Source of the DNA: Myxococcota bacterium
Lineage (GTDB): Bacteria; Myxococcota_A; SURF-8
Assembly: GCA_963674735.2 (NCBI GenBank)
Contig: CAXXQS010000002.1
Span: 2,240,001-2,304,000, forward strand
Direction: 5' to 3'
DNA: 64,000 bases
The notes beneath the pieces were generated by a model. It ran no database searches. It worked only from the letters and a program-made list of their open reading frames with translations, and was not told where the DNA came from. This document shows, in pieces, positions 23,493-32,477 of this stretch (its first letter is position 1; every line of letters begins with the position of its first letter). A program made the position numbers and the translations under genes.

Positions 23493-25060
23493 GGCGAGGC
23501 GGGAGCGGCCGGGGCGGGGACGCTCGGCGCTTCTGGCACCGGTTCCACAGGTGGAGGTCCGGGGACCACGTAGGGGGTTTCCCAGGGTTTCCAAGGGACG
23601 GTCTTGCGGTTGTAATAGCTCCACTCTTTGAGTGGTGCGTTGAAATAGTGGACCTTCCAGTAATCCGTTCCGGCGGCTCGGATGGCGATCTGGGCGGATT
23701 TTCGCAAAGGGGTCCAGAACAGCTTGACTGCGTCGTCGGCTCCGGCGGGCAGACGATGAATTTCCAGGAAGGTCGAGTATAGATCGGTACGGGTGAGAAT
23801 GGCCACTTCACCGGAGGACAGCCGTACCGCTGCTTCCGGCAGTCCACCGGGCAGGACTTGGGTCAGCCACAACTTTGTTACGTTTGGCTGCGCTTCAGCG
23901 TCTTCTGTTTTCAGGCCGCGTTCTACATCGACAAACGGGGCGCAACGCGGATCGGTGGCGGGATCGACGATCTTCCAACCTTTGCCGTAGATACCGAAAT
24001 CGAGTGGGGTTTCGCTATCCATGGCTACCGTCACCGGCCGTCGGTCGGAACGAAGATCGAGCAGCCATTGGCGGTCTTTCTGCCACCAGGTGCCGGTATG
24101 GCTGAGTTTCGCATAGGGCTTACGCAAGTAGGCTTCCGCTCCGCCGGAGCTGTAGAGCGCCAAGAGCGCCTTGCTTTTGCGCATGAAGCAAGCGGAGGCT
24201 TCGGCGGCTTGCCTGGGGAGGATCTCGCTTGGGAGGCTCCGTTGCATTTCCGTTTCCAGCACGATCAAACCGGCCTGACCGAGGTCGTAATAGCCCATGC
24301 GCGGATGGCGTTCCGGGTCGAGATATTCCACCACCAACATCAGTTCATCGCCGGGGTTGAGGTGGCAACGCACCGGTTTAGGCAAACGCAGAAACTGGAC
24401 CTTCTTGCTTGGGTCGAGGGTGAACGTTTCTTCAAGCACGATTGATTGCGGGTGTCGGACTTCGCCGCGTCGTGGTTTCGCTTTTTCCGGAGGATCGTTT
24501 TCCGCCGCTTTTTCCGGTGTTTTCATCGCGGCTTCAAAGGCTTCGCGGGCGGCGTTTTCCAACGACCACGGTCGGGGATAATTCTTTTCCCAGGCGTTCG
24601 GCTCCGGGTCGTTCGATCTGCGCTTTCCCTCGCGTGACAAGACCGAGACCTTCACCTTCTTGAGGGTCGGAACGTCGAATCCGTCGATTTCCGGACCCGG
24701 CGTCAATTCGCCCAGCCAGACGCCGTGAATGGCGGTCAGCGGATTTTCAAGACGGGTTTCGTATTCCGTTGTCTTGATGGCCGTATCGCCCGGCTTGCGG
24801 TCGACTTTAACCCCCGGAGGCGGTGGGACCGCCATTTTCGAGGTAGCCATTTGCGGCGAAAACATGGAAAACTGCTGCATGCGTTCCATGTCGCCGAGCT
24901 GCTCGTAAATCAACTGACGGCTATCCTCAAAGGCAGGCTGCTTATCCGTTTCCGTTTGTGCGGTCGGGGCTTCCGGAGTCGCGGCAGGCGGCGGCGTTGA
25001 ATCGGAACAGGCCGCGATCAGCAAGAATAAAGCGAGAATTCCAAACGCGTGTAGCTTCAT
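23489..25060 (-). CDS. Hypothetical lipoprotein
   Basis: Lipobox IAAC; Pro-rich linkers. Confidence 0.7.
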   Translation of the reverse strand: MKLHAFGILALFLLIAACSDSTPPPAATPEAPTAQTETDKQPAFEDSRQLIYEQLGDMERMQQFSMFSPQMATSKMAVPPPPGVKVDRKPGDTAIKTTEYETRLENPLTAIHGVWLGELTPGPEIDGFDVPTLKKVKVSVLSREGKRRSNDPEPNAWEKNYPRPWSLENAAREAFEAAMKTPEKAAENDPPEKAKPRRGEVRHPQSIVLEETFTLDPSKKVQFLRLPKPVRCHLNPGDELMLVVEYLDPERHPRMGYYDLGQAGLIVLETEMQRSLPSEILPRQAAEASACFMRKSKALLALYSSGGAEAYLRKPYAKLSHTGTWWQKDRQWLLDLRSDRRPVTVAMDSETPLDFGIYGKGWKIVDPATDPRCAPFVDVERGLKTEDAEAQPNVTKLWLTQVLPGGLPEAAVRLSSGEVAILTRTDLYSTFLEIHRLPAGADDAVKLFWTPLRKSAQIAIRAAGTDYWKVHYFNAPLKEWSYYNRKTVPWKPWETPYVVPGPPPVEPVPEAPSVPAPAAPASP

Positions 25061-25093
25061 GGATTTTCTTCCTTCTTCGCGTCGTCCATCCGG

Positions 25094-25681
25094 CTAGAAA
25101 TCGTCGTCGAGGGGTAAGCCGCGTTCCAGGCGATAGCCGGAAAATGTAATAAAGAAACCGTACATGCGCCACCCGGACCGGCCATCGCTGTGTATCAGTT
25201 CGGTGAATGCCAATCCCAGGCCGACCCCGCCGTTTGAGCTAACACCGAATTCGTAGCCGGTCGATCCGCTTATCACCCAGCGGTGAGTGTCGTAGGGATC
25301 CCAGCCGACTCCGCCTTTGACGAACAGGCCCGCAACGGGAAAGAATGTGTTCATCACCTGCAGCAGCTTGGGGGCGTCTTCGAGGCCCGATCCGCCATTG
25401 TCCATCACGAAATTCAGCGTGATGTCCATTCCCAGGTGGTACCAGGGGGTGATGCACCAGCCAGGCCGGAAATTGACGCCGATCAGGCTGGGTAATTTGT
25501 TGTCTGGCGTTGTCGCCAGCCGGATAGTCGGGTCGAGGCCCAGATATAAACCCTCCCGGTGCGGTTGTTCCGCCTGCGCGGCGGCGCAGAAGAAAAGCGG
25601 GCTGACAAAAGCCAGGGCGAGAACCCAAACAAGGCGTGTTCCCCATGAAGGGGGGATGACGCCCCGGCGAGCGAAGGTCAT
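25094..25681 (-). CDS. Putative small outer-membrane beta-barrel protein
   Basis: Signal peptide (AAQA); amphipathic beta-strands such as GLFVKGGVG and GYEF. Confidence 0.55.
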   Translation of the reverse strand: MTFARRGVIPPSWGTRLVWVLALAFVSPLFFCAAAQAEQPHREGLYLGLDPTIRLATTPDNKLPSLIGVNFRPGWCITPWYHLGMDITLNFVMDNGGSGLEDAPKLLQVMNTFFPVAGLFVKGGVGWDPYDTHRWVISGSTGYEFGVSSNGGVGLGLAFTELIHSDGRSGWRMYGFFITFSGYRLERGLPLDDDF

Positions 25682-25708
25682 AAACTTCCGTCCTTTCCGA
25701 TCCGCTAT

Positions 25709-27925
25709 TTATTCAAACGGGTCGATCGTATGAGACGCGACTTCATCGAGGGTTGTCAATCCTTCTTTCACTTTCAGAAGACCGTATTCCCGCAAGGTCA
25801 GGAAGTTTTCTTCGCGGGCCTGATAGAGGAGCTCTTCTTCGGAAGCGCCGTTGATGATCATGCGCCGCAAGTCGCGCGAGACGCGGAGATATTCGTAGAG
25901 ACCGATGCGACCTTTGTAGCCCCTGTAGTTGCAGGCCGGACAACCCTTCGCGCGTAGGAAGGTGTAATCGTCCCGTTCGTTGGGCGGGATCATAGCCAGC
26001 AATTTTCGGTCGGGCGTATAGGGTTCGGCGCAGTTGGGGCAGATCCGGCGCGCCAAGCGCTGGTTCATGACCGACAGAACCGTGTCGGCCACCATGAAGG
26101 CCTCCACACCCATGTTGACGAGGCGTGACACGGTGGCGATGGCCGTGTTGGTATGCAAGGTGGAGAGCACGAGATGGCCGGTCTGACTGGCTTTGACGCC
26201 CAGTCCGGCGGTTTCGAGATCGCGGATTTCACCCACCAGGATGATATCGGGATCCTGACGTAGCAGGGCCTTCAATATTTTGGGGAAGGTAAGCCCGACT
26301 TTCTCGTTGAGCTGGGTCTGGTTCAGGCCTTCCAGCTTGTATTCGATCGGATCTTCGGCGGTGCAGATGTTCATTTCCTTGCCGCGCGTTTCCAGCAGAT
26401 AAATCAACGATGAATAGAGAGTGGTGGATTTTCCCGAGCCGGTAGGACCGGTAATGAGCACCATCCCCTGCGGGCGGTTGATGATATCGATGTAGCTTTC
26501 CAGGATCGGTTCGGGCAAGCCGATCTGGTCGAGGGTCAGGTCGTGCAGCTTCTGGCCGTCGAGAATACGCAGGCAGACTTTTTCGTTGCCCGATACGGGG
26601 ATGGTATTGACGCGGAAGTCGATGACGCCCATCCCTTCGATGCCAAGGCGGATGTTGCCGTCTTGGGGGACGCGCCGTTCCGAAATGTCCAGCTCGGACA
26701 TGATCTTGAGGCGCGAAATCACTGCCGGGTAATCTTCGGTGGAAATCCAGCCGCCTTCCTGCAACAAGCCGTCCACGCGGTAGCGCACACGCGGAATTTC
26801 GCCGTATTCGACATGAATATCCGAGGCTCCCAGTTTGACACCGTCGTAGATGATCTTGTTGGTGATACGCGAGATGTAATTGTCTTCGCGTCCACGTTGG
26901 ATGGCGTCGTTGTCCACCGAGGCTTCGTCGGGGGCTTCAAGCACCGTGATGCGGTCGGAACTGTCGGGCTGGATTTCGGCAGCCTTCCCTTTTTGAATCT
27001 CCGTAAACAGGGTTTTCAGCAGGTTTTTATCGAATTTGCCCACCGGGCGTACTTTGCTGACGGAGTAGATGGCGGCCAGTTCGTCCAGCTTGAGCAGATC
27101 GGCGTCGTTCTCGATAAACACTTCCAGTGTCCGCATGCCGCGATCTTCAATGATGCGAAGCGGGAAAAACTGATCCTTTTCCAGGCGGGTCAGTTTGAGG
27201 CGTTCGGCCAACGAAAAATCGACGAATTCGCCAACATGCGTCAGGTCGATTTCGGCGGATTTCAACTGTGTCATCAAGGCGTTAATCAGCAGCGGATAGT
27301 TCTGCGTGGTAACGAGCTTCAGTTTGAACAGTACTTCGCCCAGCTTCTGATCGCGGGCGTGTTCACGTTGGTAGGCCAGGGCATAATCGAGCTGTTGATG
27401 GGTAATGACGTGGTGGAGCACCAGGATTTCCCCAAGGGGCAGCTTTTTCTTGAACAGGGGTTTTTTCTTCGATGTCTCGTCCGCCTCTTCGTCGGGCATG
27501 TCCTGCGGCGGCGGCGGCGGATCGTCCGGCAGGGATTGGCCGTGCTGGCGCAATTTTTCCGAGATCAGTTCCATGTTCGGAAATTCCGAGACACGGCCTG
27601 CATCGTCGGGCGGGGGAGGGGGGCTGTCTTCCAGATCCTCCGGGACCGGCGGCAGGCCCTGTTGCTCGAAGGTGGTTTCGTCGTCCAGATGATCGGGCGG
27701 CGGCGGCGGAAGCTGTCCGCCGGTGAGTTCGTCCAGCTCGGTGCCGAATACCTCTCCTTCGTCCTCCTCGGGAACGGGGGGCGGTTGGCTTGCCGTATCG
27801 GTCAGAATTTCGCTGGCGACGGTTTTCAGCAGGTCTTTGTCCACCTGCTTACGCCGTTTCGCTATTTTGCCCGTGATCCCTTTTACGGGATGTTTATCCG
27901 GTGATTTGCCGGAAGCGTTGCTCAT
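25709..27925 (-). CDS. GspE/PilB-family secretion ATPase with a Pro/acidic N-terminus and MshEN-like domain
   Basis: ASDIH, GPTGSGKST, EDPIEY, LRQDPD, TGHLVLSTLH, CPNC/CPAC; LGEIL...LDYALAYQ. Confidence 0.92.
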   Translation of the reverse strand: MSNASGKSPDKHPVKGITGKIAKRRKQVDKDLLKTVASEILTDTASQPPPVPEEDEGEVFGTELDELTGGQLPPPPPDHLDDETTFEQQGLPPVPEDLEDSPPPPPDDAGRVSEFPNMELISEKLRQHGQSLPDDPPPPPQDMPDEEADETSKKKPLFKKKLPLGEILVLHHVITHQQLDYALAYQREHARDQKLGEVLFKLKLVTTQNYPLLINALMTQLKSAEIDLTHVGEFVDFSLAERLKLTRLEKDQFFPLRIIEDRGMRTLEVFIENDADLLKLDELAAIYSVSKVRPVGKFDKNLLKTLFTEIQKGKAAEIQPDSSDRITVLEAPDEASVDNDAIQRGREDNYISRITNKIIYDGVKLGASDIHVEYGEIPRVRYRVDGLLQEGGWISTEDYPAVISRLKIMSELDISERRVPQDGNIRLGIEGMGVIDFRVNTIPVSGNEKVCLRILDGQKLHDLTLDQIGLPEPILESYIDIINRPQGMVLITGPTGSGKSTTLYSSLIYLLETRGKEMNICTAEDPIEYKLEGLNQTQLNEKVGLTFPKILKALLRQDPDIILVGEIRDLETAGLGVKASQTGHLVLSTLHTNTAIATVSRLVNMGVEAFMVADTVLSVMNQRLARRICPNCAEPYTPDRKLLAMIPPNERDDYTFLRAKGCPACNYRGYKGRIGLYEYLRVSRDLRRMIINGASEEELLYQAREENFLTLREYGLLKVKEGLTTLDEVASHTIDPFE

Positions 27926-28410
27926 GTTGACCTCATCCGCTCGAAACGCGTTTTCCGCTCGATAGTGTTTTCTTCAACAAAATCGACCAATTCGCCGTGG
28001 GGACACGCTGAATGGCCGCCGCTTCATAGAACGACCGACCCTCTTTGCAAACCCCTCGTTGATGCAAGCCGGCCGCAGCCGGACTCGGAAGACCGAATTA
28101 TACCGTGAGAGCGTCTGCAACGCAATGGGGACCATGCGATGACACGGCGTTTCAATTCTAAGCTTTTCACCGTTTTCCACCTACTATAATTCGGCTTAGG
28201 GTGTGCCATGGGCCAAGCCTTTGGCTTGCCCATGCTGTTTTCACGGGCAAACCTGACGGTTTAGCCCGTGCCACCCATCACCAATCGAAGATAATTCGAG
28301 ACTCAATCAGAATTGAAACGCCCTAATGCGATGACGGGTCACATGCTAACGGATGTGTGAGAAAAAAGAGTCTCGCCCCGCAAGTGTCGTCCGGGGTTCT
28401 TCGCGTGGAA

Positions 28411-29265
28411 TCAGTCGCCATTCTCGGAGTCGCTGGGCGGCTCGGGATCGGGTTCGCCGTCGGCCACTTGGCGAAGTTCACCCGCGCGGACATAGGCGGC
28501 GCGGATGGCGTCGCTGAAAATGCGCGGGGTTTCCCGCTTTTTGAAAACATCCAATGCGGCGGCGGTCGTGCCTCCTTTGGACGTTACGGTGCGGCGCAAG
28601 GTTTCGGGCTCGTCGCTGGTTTCCACCCACAGGTCCATGGCGCCCTGGAAGGTTTGTTGCACCAGCCGGTGCGCTTCACCGGAACTGAAGCCCAGATCGA
28701 CGGCGGCGCGCATGAGATTTTCGGCCGTGTAGAAGATGTAGGCCGGGCCCGAGCCCGAAACGGCGGTGGCGGCATCGACCCGGTCTTCATCGGCCACTTC
28801 CATTTCCAACCCGAAGGCCTGAAAAATCATCTTGACTATCATGCGGTTCTTGTCGGAAACGGACGAACTGGCCATCCAGACCGTCATTCCCTTACCGATG
28901 CGAGCGGGAATGTTGGGCATGGCGCGCACCAGGGCTCCATGGCCGGTCAGCCGTTCGATGGTGCCGAGGCTGACGCCCGCCATGATCGAGACGATGATCT
29001 GCTCGTCGCTGAAACGGCCTGTCAGTTCCTCCATCATCGGCCGTGAATTTTGCGGCTTGACGCAGAAAAGGACGATATCGGAAAAGGCCAGCAACTTATG
29101 GTTATCGCGCGTGGTTTTCACCCGGTAGAGCTTTTCGAGGTGGGTGAGCCGCGAAATGTCCTGATCGCCGAGCATGATGTCGCCGGGTTCGAGGATGTTC
29201 TTTTTCAACAGCGAAGAGGTGATGACTTCACCCATGACGCCGGCTCCGATGATTCCGATCCGCAT
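28411..29265 (-). CDS. proC: Pyrroline-5-carboxylate reductase
   Basis: IGIIGAGVMG, VKPQ, RAMPN, SGSGPAY, VTSKGGTT. Confidence 0.95.
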   Translation of the reverse strand: MRIGIIGAGVMGEVITSSLLKKNILEPGDIMLGDQDISRLTHLEKLYRVKTTRDNHKLLAFSDIVLFCVKPQNSRPMMEELTGRFSDEQIIVSIMAGVSLGTIERLTGHGALVRAMPNIPARIGKGMTVWMASSSVSDKNRMIVKMIFQAFGLEMEVADEDRVDAATAVSGSGPAYIFYTAENLMRAAVDLGFSSGEAHRLVQQTFQGAMDLWVETSDEPETLRRTVTSKGGTTAAALDVFKKRETPRIFSDAIRAAYVRAGELRQVADGEPDPEPPSDSENGD

Positions 29266-29281
29266 ATGGTGCTCCTTTGCG

Positions 29282-29827
29282 TCAGCGTAGACGGCCGACC
29301 AGTTCTTCGGCCAGTTCTTGTAAATCGTCGTCGTCCGCCAGCATGGCGATGGAGTCGAGTTTCAAGGCGAACTGGCGTTTGTGGCTTATGGGGTTCACTT
29401 TCCAGATGGCGTCGAGCATGCGCGCCGCCTGGAGTTTCACCGACTCCTCCGGATAGTCCAGCACCTTCAGCAGCAGATCCTGGTCTTCGGGGAAGTCGTC
29501 GTATTTCTTCAAATAAGCCGCCACGGCCTCGTTCAGGTCGTGGTCGTTGGCGGCGCGTTCGATTGCGCCGAGAAGCTTGAGGCGCGCCTGATCGGCTTCG
29601 GACTGCTCCGGGAGCTGCTCTTTCAGGTAATCGGGGATGCCCCCGCCGGAAAAGACCCGATCAAGGTCTTTTTTGTAGGTTTGATAAGCCCCGCTCTGTT
29701 CGCGTTTTTGCCCTCGTCCTTTTTTCCCGGCCGGTGCTTCATCGCGTCGATGGGAACTGCGATCTTTTTTGCGGTCGATGTCGCGCCAGCTTTTCTGTCG
29801 TCGTTCGCCGTCGCGGGAGTCCGGCAT
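29282..29827 (-). CDS. Hypothetical protein (basic N-terminus, helical C-terminus)
   Basis: GGAGG RBS; in operon; KSWRDIDRKKDRS. Confidence 0.7.
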   Translation of the reverse strand: MPDSRDGERRQKSWRDIDRKKDRSSHRRDEAPAGKKGRGQKREQSGAYQTYKKDLDRVFSGGGIPDYLKEQLPEQSEADQARLKLLGAIERAANDHDLNEAVAAYLKKYDDFPEDQDLLLKVLDYPEESVKLQAARMLDAIWKVNPISHKRQFALKLDSIAMLADDDDLQELAEELVGRLR

Positions 29828-29861
29828 GGCTGCCTCCTGTAGGGGTCCGCATGCTTTCGGG

Positions 29862-30143
29862 TCAATACCGAATGGTAAAACCGTCGCAAGCGGAAGGTTC
29901 GTCGTTCCAGTTTACGTCGATATCGTCCACCCGGGCCAGACGCGGTCCCTGGCGGCAGATGTCGATGAAATGTTTCAGGGTGTGTTCGTCTCCCTGAGCC
30001 CGAGCCTCCACCCGACCATCGGGCAGGTTGCGCACCCAGCCACGCAGACCGAGTGCCTGCGCCTGTTCGGCCGTGTGGTAGCGGAAGGCGACGCCCTGCA
30101 CGCGTCCCGTAATCAGTAGATGCACCTCTTTTAGCGCTTTCAT
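29862..30143 (-). CDS. acyP: Acylphosphatase
   Basis: GRVQGVAFR, GWVRNLPDGRVE. Confidence 0.95.
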   Translation of the reverse strand: MKALKEVHLLITGRVQGVAFRYHTAEQAQALGLRGWVRNLPDGRVEARAQGDEHTLKHFIDICRQGPRLARVDDIDVNWNDEPSACDGFTIRY

Positions 30144-30784
30144 GGGTTGCTTCCATTGATGGCCGCAGGCAATTCGGCGAAACGGTCGATGAGAGCCTGA
30201 GGTTTCGCGCTTACCAGTTCGGTGCGTGTGCCGATCCCGTAGGTGACGCCGACGGCCCGAACCCCGGCGTTTTGGGCGGCTTCGATATCCGAGGTCCGGT
30301 CTCCCACCATCCAGGTTTCCGTGGCGCAGGCGTCTAGCTCGGTCAGCAGCCGCAGGATGATGTCGGGGGCCGGTTTGGCCGGAAAGCCGTCGGTGCCCTG
30401 TACCTTTTTGAAGTAGGGGGTCAGACCGAAGAGGTCGATGACACGCTCGGCCATGAAGCTCTGCTTGGTCGTGGCCACCGCCAGATCGTGGTCGCGGCTG
30501 AGGGTGGCCAGGGTGTCGGCCACCCCGTCGTAAAGCTGTGAGGCATCGGCGCAGTGGTTGTAAAAATGCTCCCGATATTTTGCCGAGGCCGAGAGGGCCC
30601 GTTCACGGTCACCATCGCCGATCAGGTCGAGGAAAATATCGTCGAGGGGACGGCCGATCTGTCGATGAATCAGCGTTGCGGCCTGTGCGTCGGCACCCAC
30701 TTGCACCAACGCGTGGTTGATGGACGCGGCGATGTCGTCACGTGGGTCGATCAAGGTGCCGTCCAAATCGAAGATTAGCAGCAT
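30140..30784 (-). CDS. HAD-family phosphatase (phosphoglycolate phosphatase-like)
   Basis: FDLDGTLID, ATTK, KPAP, MVGDR.SDI. Confidence 0.9.
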   Translation of the reverse strand: MLLIFDLDGTLIDPRDDIAASINHALVQVGADAQAATLIHRQIGRPLDDIFLDLIGDGDRERALSASAKYREHFYNHCADASQLYDGVADTLATLSRDHDLAVATTKQSFMAERVIDLFGLTPYFKKVQGTDGFPAKPAPDIILRLLTELDACATETWMVGDRTSDIEAAQNAGVRAVGVTYGIGTRTELVSAKPQALIDRFAELPAAINGSNP

Positions 30785-30886
30785 GGGGCCTGAACTCCTG
30801 TCGCGGCGGGCGTTCGTCGCCTGAGCCGCAAGGAAAAGGGGCGCAGGAAAATCCCACGCCCCGATCCGTTACTGTTGGGCCGTGGA

Positions 30887-31831
30887 TCAGCCTTCTTTTT
30901 CGCGCAAAACCTCGCCCACGCTGGCGACCGCGCTCAGTACGCCGGAGGCTTCGTAGGGGATAAAGATCTTGCTGCTGCGCGAATTGGAGATCTTCTCCAG
31001 CGTTTCCAGGTACTTGATGGCAATGAGGCCCTTGGTCGGACGCCCGTCGTGGATGCCCTTGAAGGTATGCCGGATGGCGTCGGCTTGCGCGATAGCCACC
31101 TTTTCGATGGCAGCCGCTTCGGCTTCGGCGCGCAGGATTTTGGCCTGCTTGTCGCCCTCGGCTTCGGCGATGGCGGAATCGCGCTCGCCCTCGGCCTTCA
31201 AAATAGCGGCTCGCTTGAAGCCCTCGGCCTCGGTGACGGTGGCGCGTCGCTCGCGCTCGGCCTTCATCTGTTTGGCCATGGCCTCTTCGATTTCCTGCGG
31301 CGGATTGATGTTTTTGAGTTCCACGCGTGTGACTTTCACGCCCCATTTGTCGGTGGCCTCGTCGAGCACGACGCGCAGCTTGGTGTTGACGGTCTCACGC
31401 GAGGTGAGCGTTTCGTCGAGGTCCATTTCGCCCATCACGTTACGTAGGTTGGTGATGGCGAGTTGGCGAATGGCGACCGATAAATCGGCGATCTCGTAGG
31501 AAGCCTTGACCGGATCGGCCACCTGGAAATAGATCACCGAATCGACTTGCATGGTGACGTTATCGTGAGTGATGACCGGTTGCGGCGGAAAGTCCATCAC
31601 CTGTTCGCGCAGATCGATGCGCCGGTTGAAGCGGCCTTCCAAACGGAAAACACGCGCCGAATCGATAACCGGCACCACGAAATGCAACCCACTCTGGCAC
31701 ACCCGCTGGAATTTACCCAGGCGCTCCACGATGATCGCTTCCGACTGGCGCACGATATAGATTCCACGGATAATGAAAATGGAAACAAAAAAGACGATTA
31801 CCAGGACAACAACACCCAACGCTCCCGTCAT
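30887..31831 (-). CDS. SPFH/Band 7 (QmcA-like) protein
   Basis: IVERLGKF, IDLREQ, QMKAERERRA, AEG repeats. Confidence 0.93.
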   Translation of the reverse strand: MTGALGVVVLVIVFFVSIFIIRGIYIVRQSEAIIVERLGKFQRVCQSGLHFVVPVIDSARVFRLEGRFNRRIDLREQVMDFPPQPVITHDNVTMQVDSVIYFQVADPVKASYEIADLSVAIRQLAITNLRNVMGEMDLDETLTSRETVNTKLRVVLDEATDKWGVKVTRVELKNINPPQEIEEAMAKQMKAERERRATVTEAEGFKRAAILKAEGERDSAIAEAEGDKQAKILRAEAEAAAIEKVAIAQADAIRHTFKGIHDGRPTKGLIAIKYLETLEKISNSRSSKIFIPYEASGVLSAVASVGEVLREKEG

Positions 31832-31905
31832 CGGCCTCTCCTTTCGGCTATAGGATCTGTATCCTGATCGGGTTTAAATCGGTCATATTCGTGTCCGAGA
31901 CGGTC

Positions 31906-32406
31906 TCAGACGTTTGCTTCGGTTTCCGTGTCGACCGGTTCGACATCGCTGACCACCAGCTTGGCTCCGTCGACTTCGGTGATCCATAGCTGGGTTCCCG
32001 ATTCGAAGTGCCGGTCTTCCCGGCTGACGGCGGTCCAGATTTCGCCCCCCACTTTGACGGCTCCATTCCCGAACAGACCTTCGATGGGTTCGACAACCAG
32101 CACCCGCCGTCCCACCAGGGCGTCGGTATTGGTTTTGAAGCTTGCGGCGTCCGGGTTGGTAAGGTAGCGCTTCACCCCGACCTGGATGGCGAACAGCATC
32201 ACCAGCGAGGAGGCGGCGAACAGGAAAATCTGTGCGTTGGCCGGTAGATCGAAATAGGCGAAAACAGCGGTCAGCAGCGCGCCCAGCGCGAAGGGCAGAG
32301 CGAAAAAGGAGACGGTCAGTGCCTCGACACCCGCCAGAACGACGCCCAGGATAATCCAGAAATGGACCCATCCGAAGGATTCCACGATCGTGTCAAACCA
32401 TTCCAC
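31906..32406 (-). CDS. NfeD/YbbJ-family protein
   Basis: TM helices plus an OB-fold (GAVKVGGEIWTA); canonical SPFH partner. Confidence 0.9.
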   Translation of the reverse strand: MEWFDTIVESFGWVHFWIILGVVLAGVEALTVSFFALPFALGALLTAVFAYFDLPANAQIFLFAASSLVMLFAIQVGVKRYLTNPDAASFKTNTDALVGRRVLVVEPIEGLFGNGAVKVGGEIWTAVSREDRHFESGTQLWITEVDGAKLVVSDVEPVDTETEANV

Positions 32407-32477
32407 GCCATTACCCCTTGATCAATTAGTGCGACCGTTTCCGTTGCCTATTCTTCTACTCGCTTTTCGGTTCCAGG

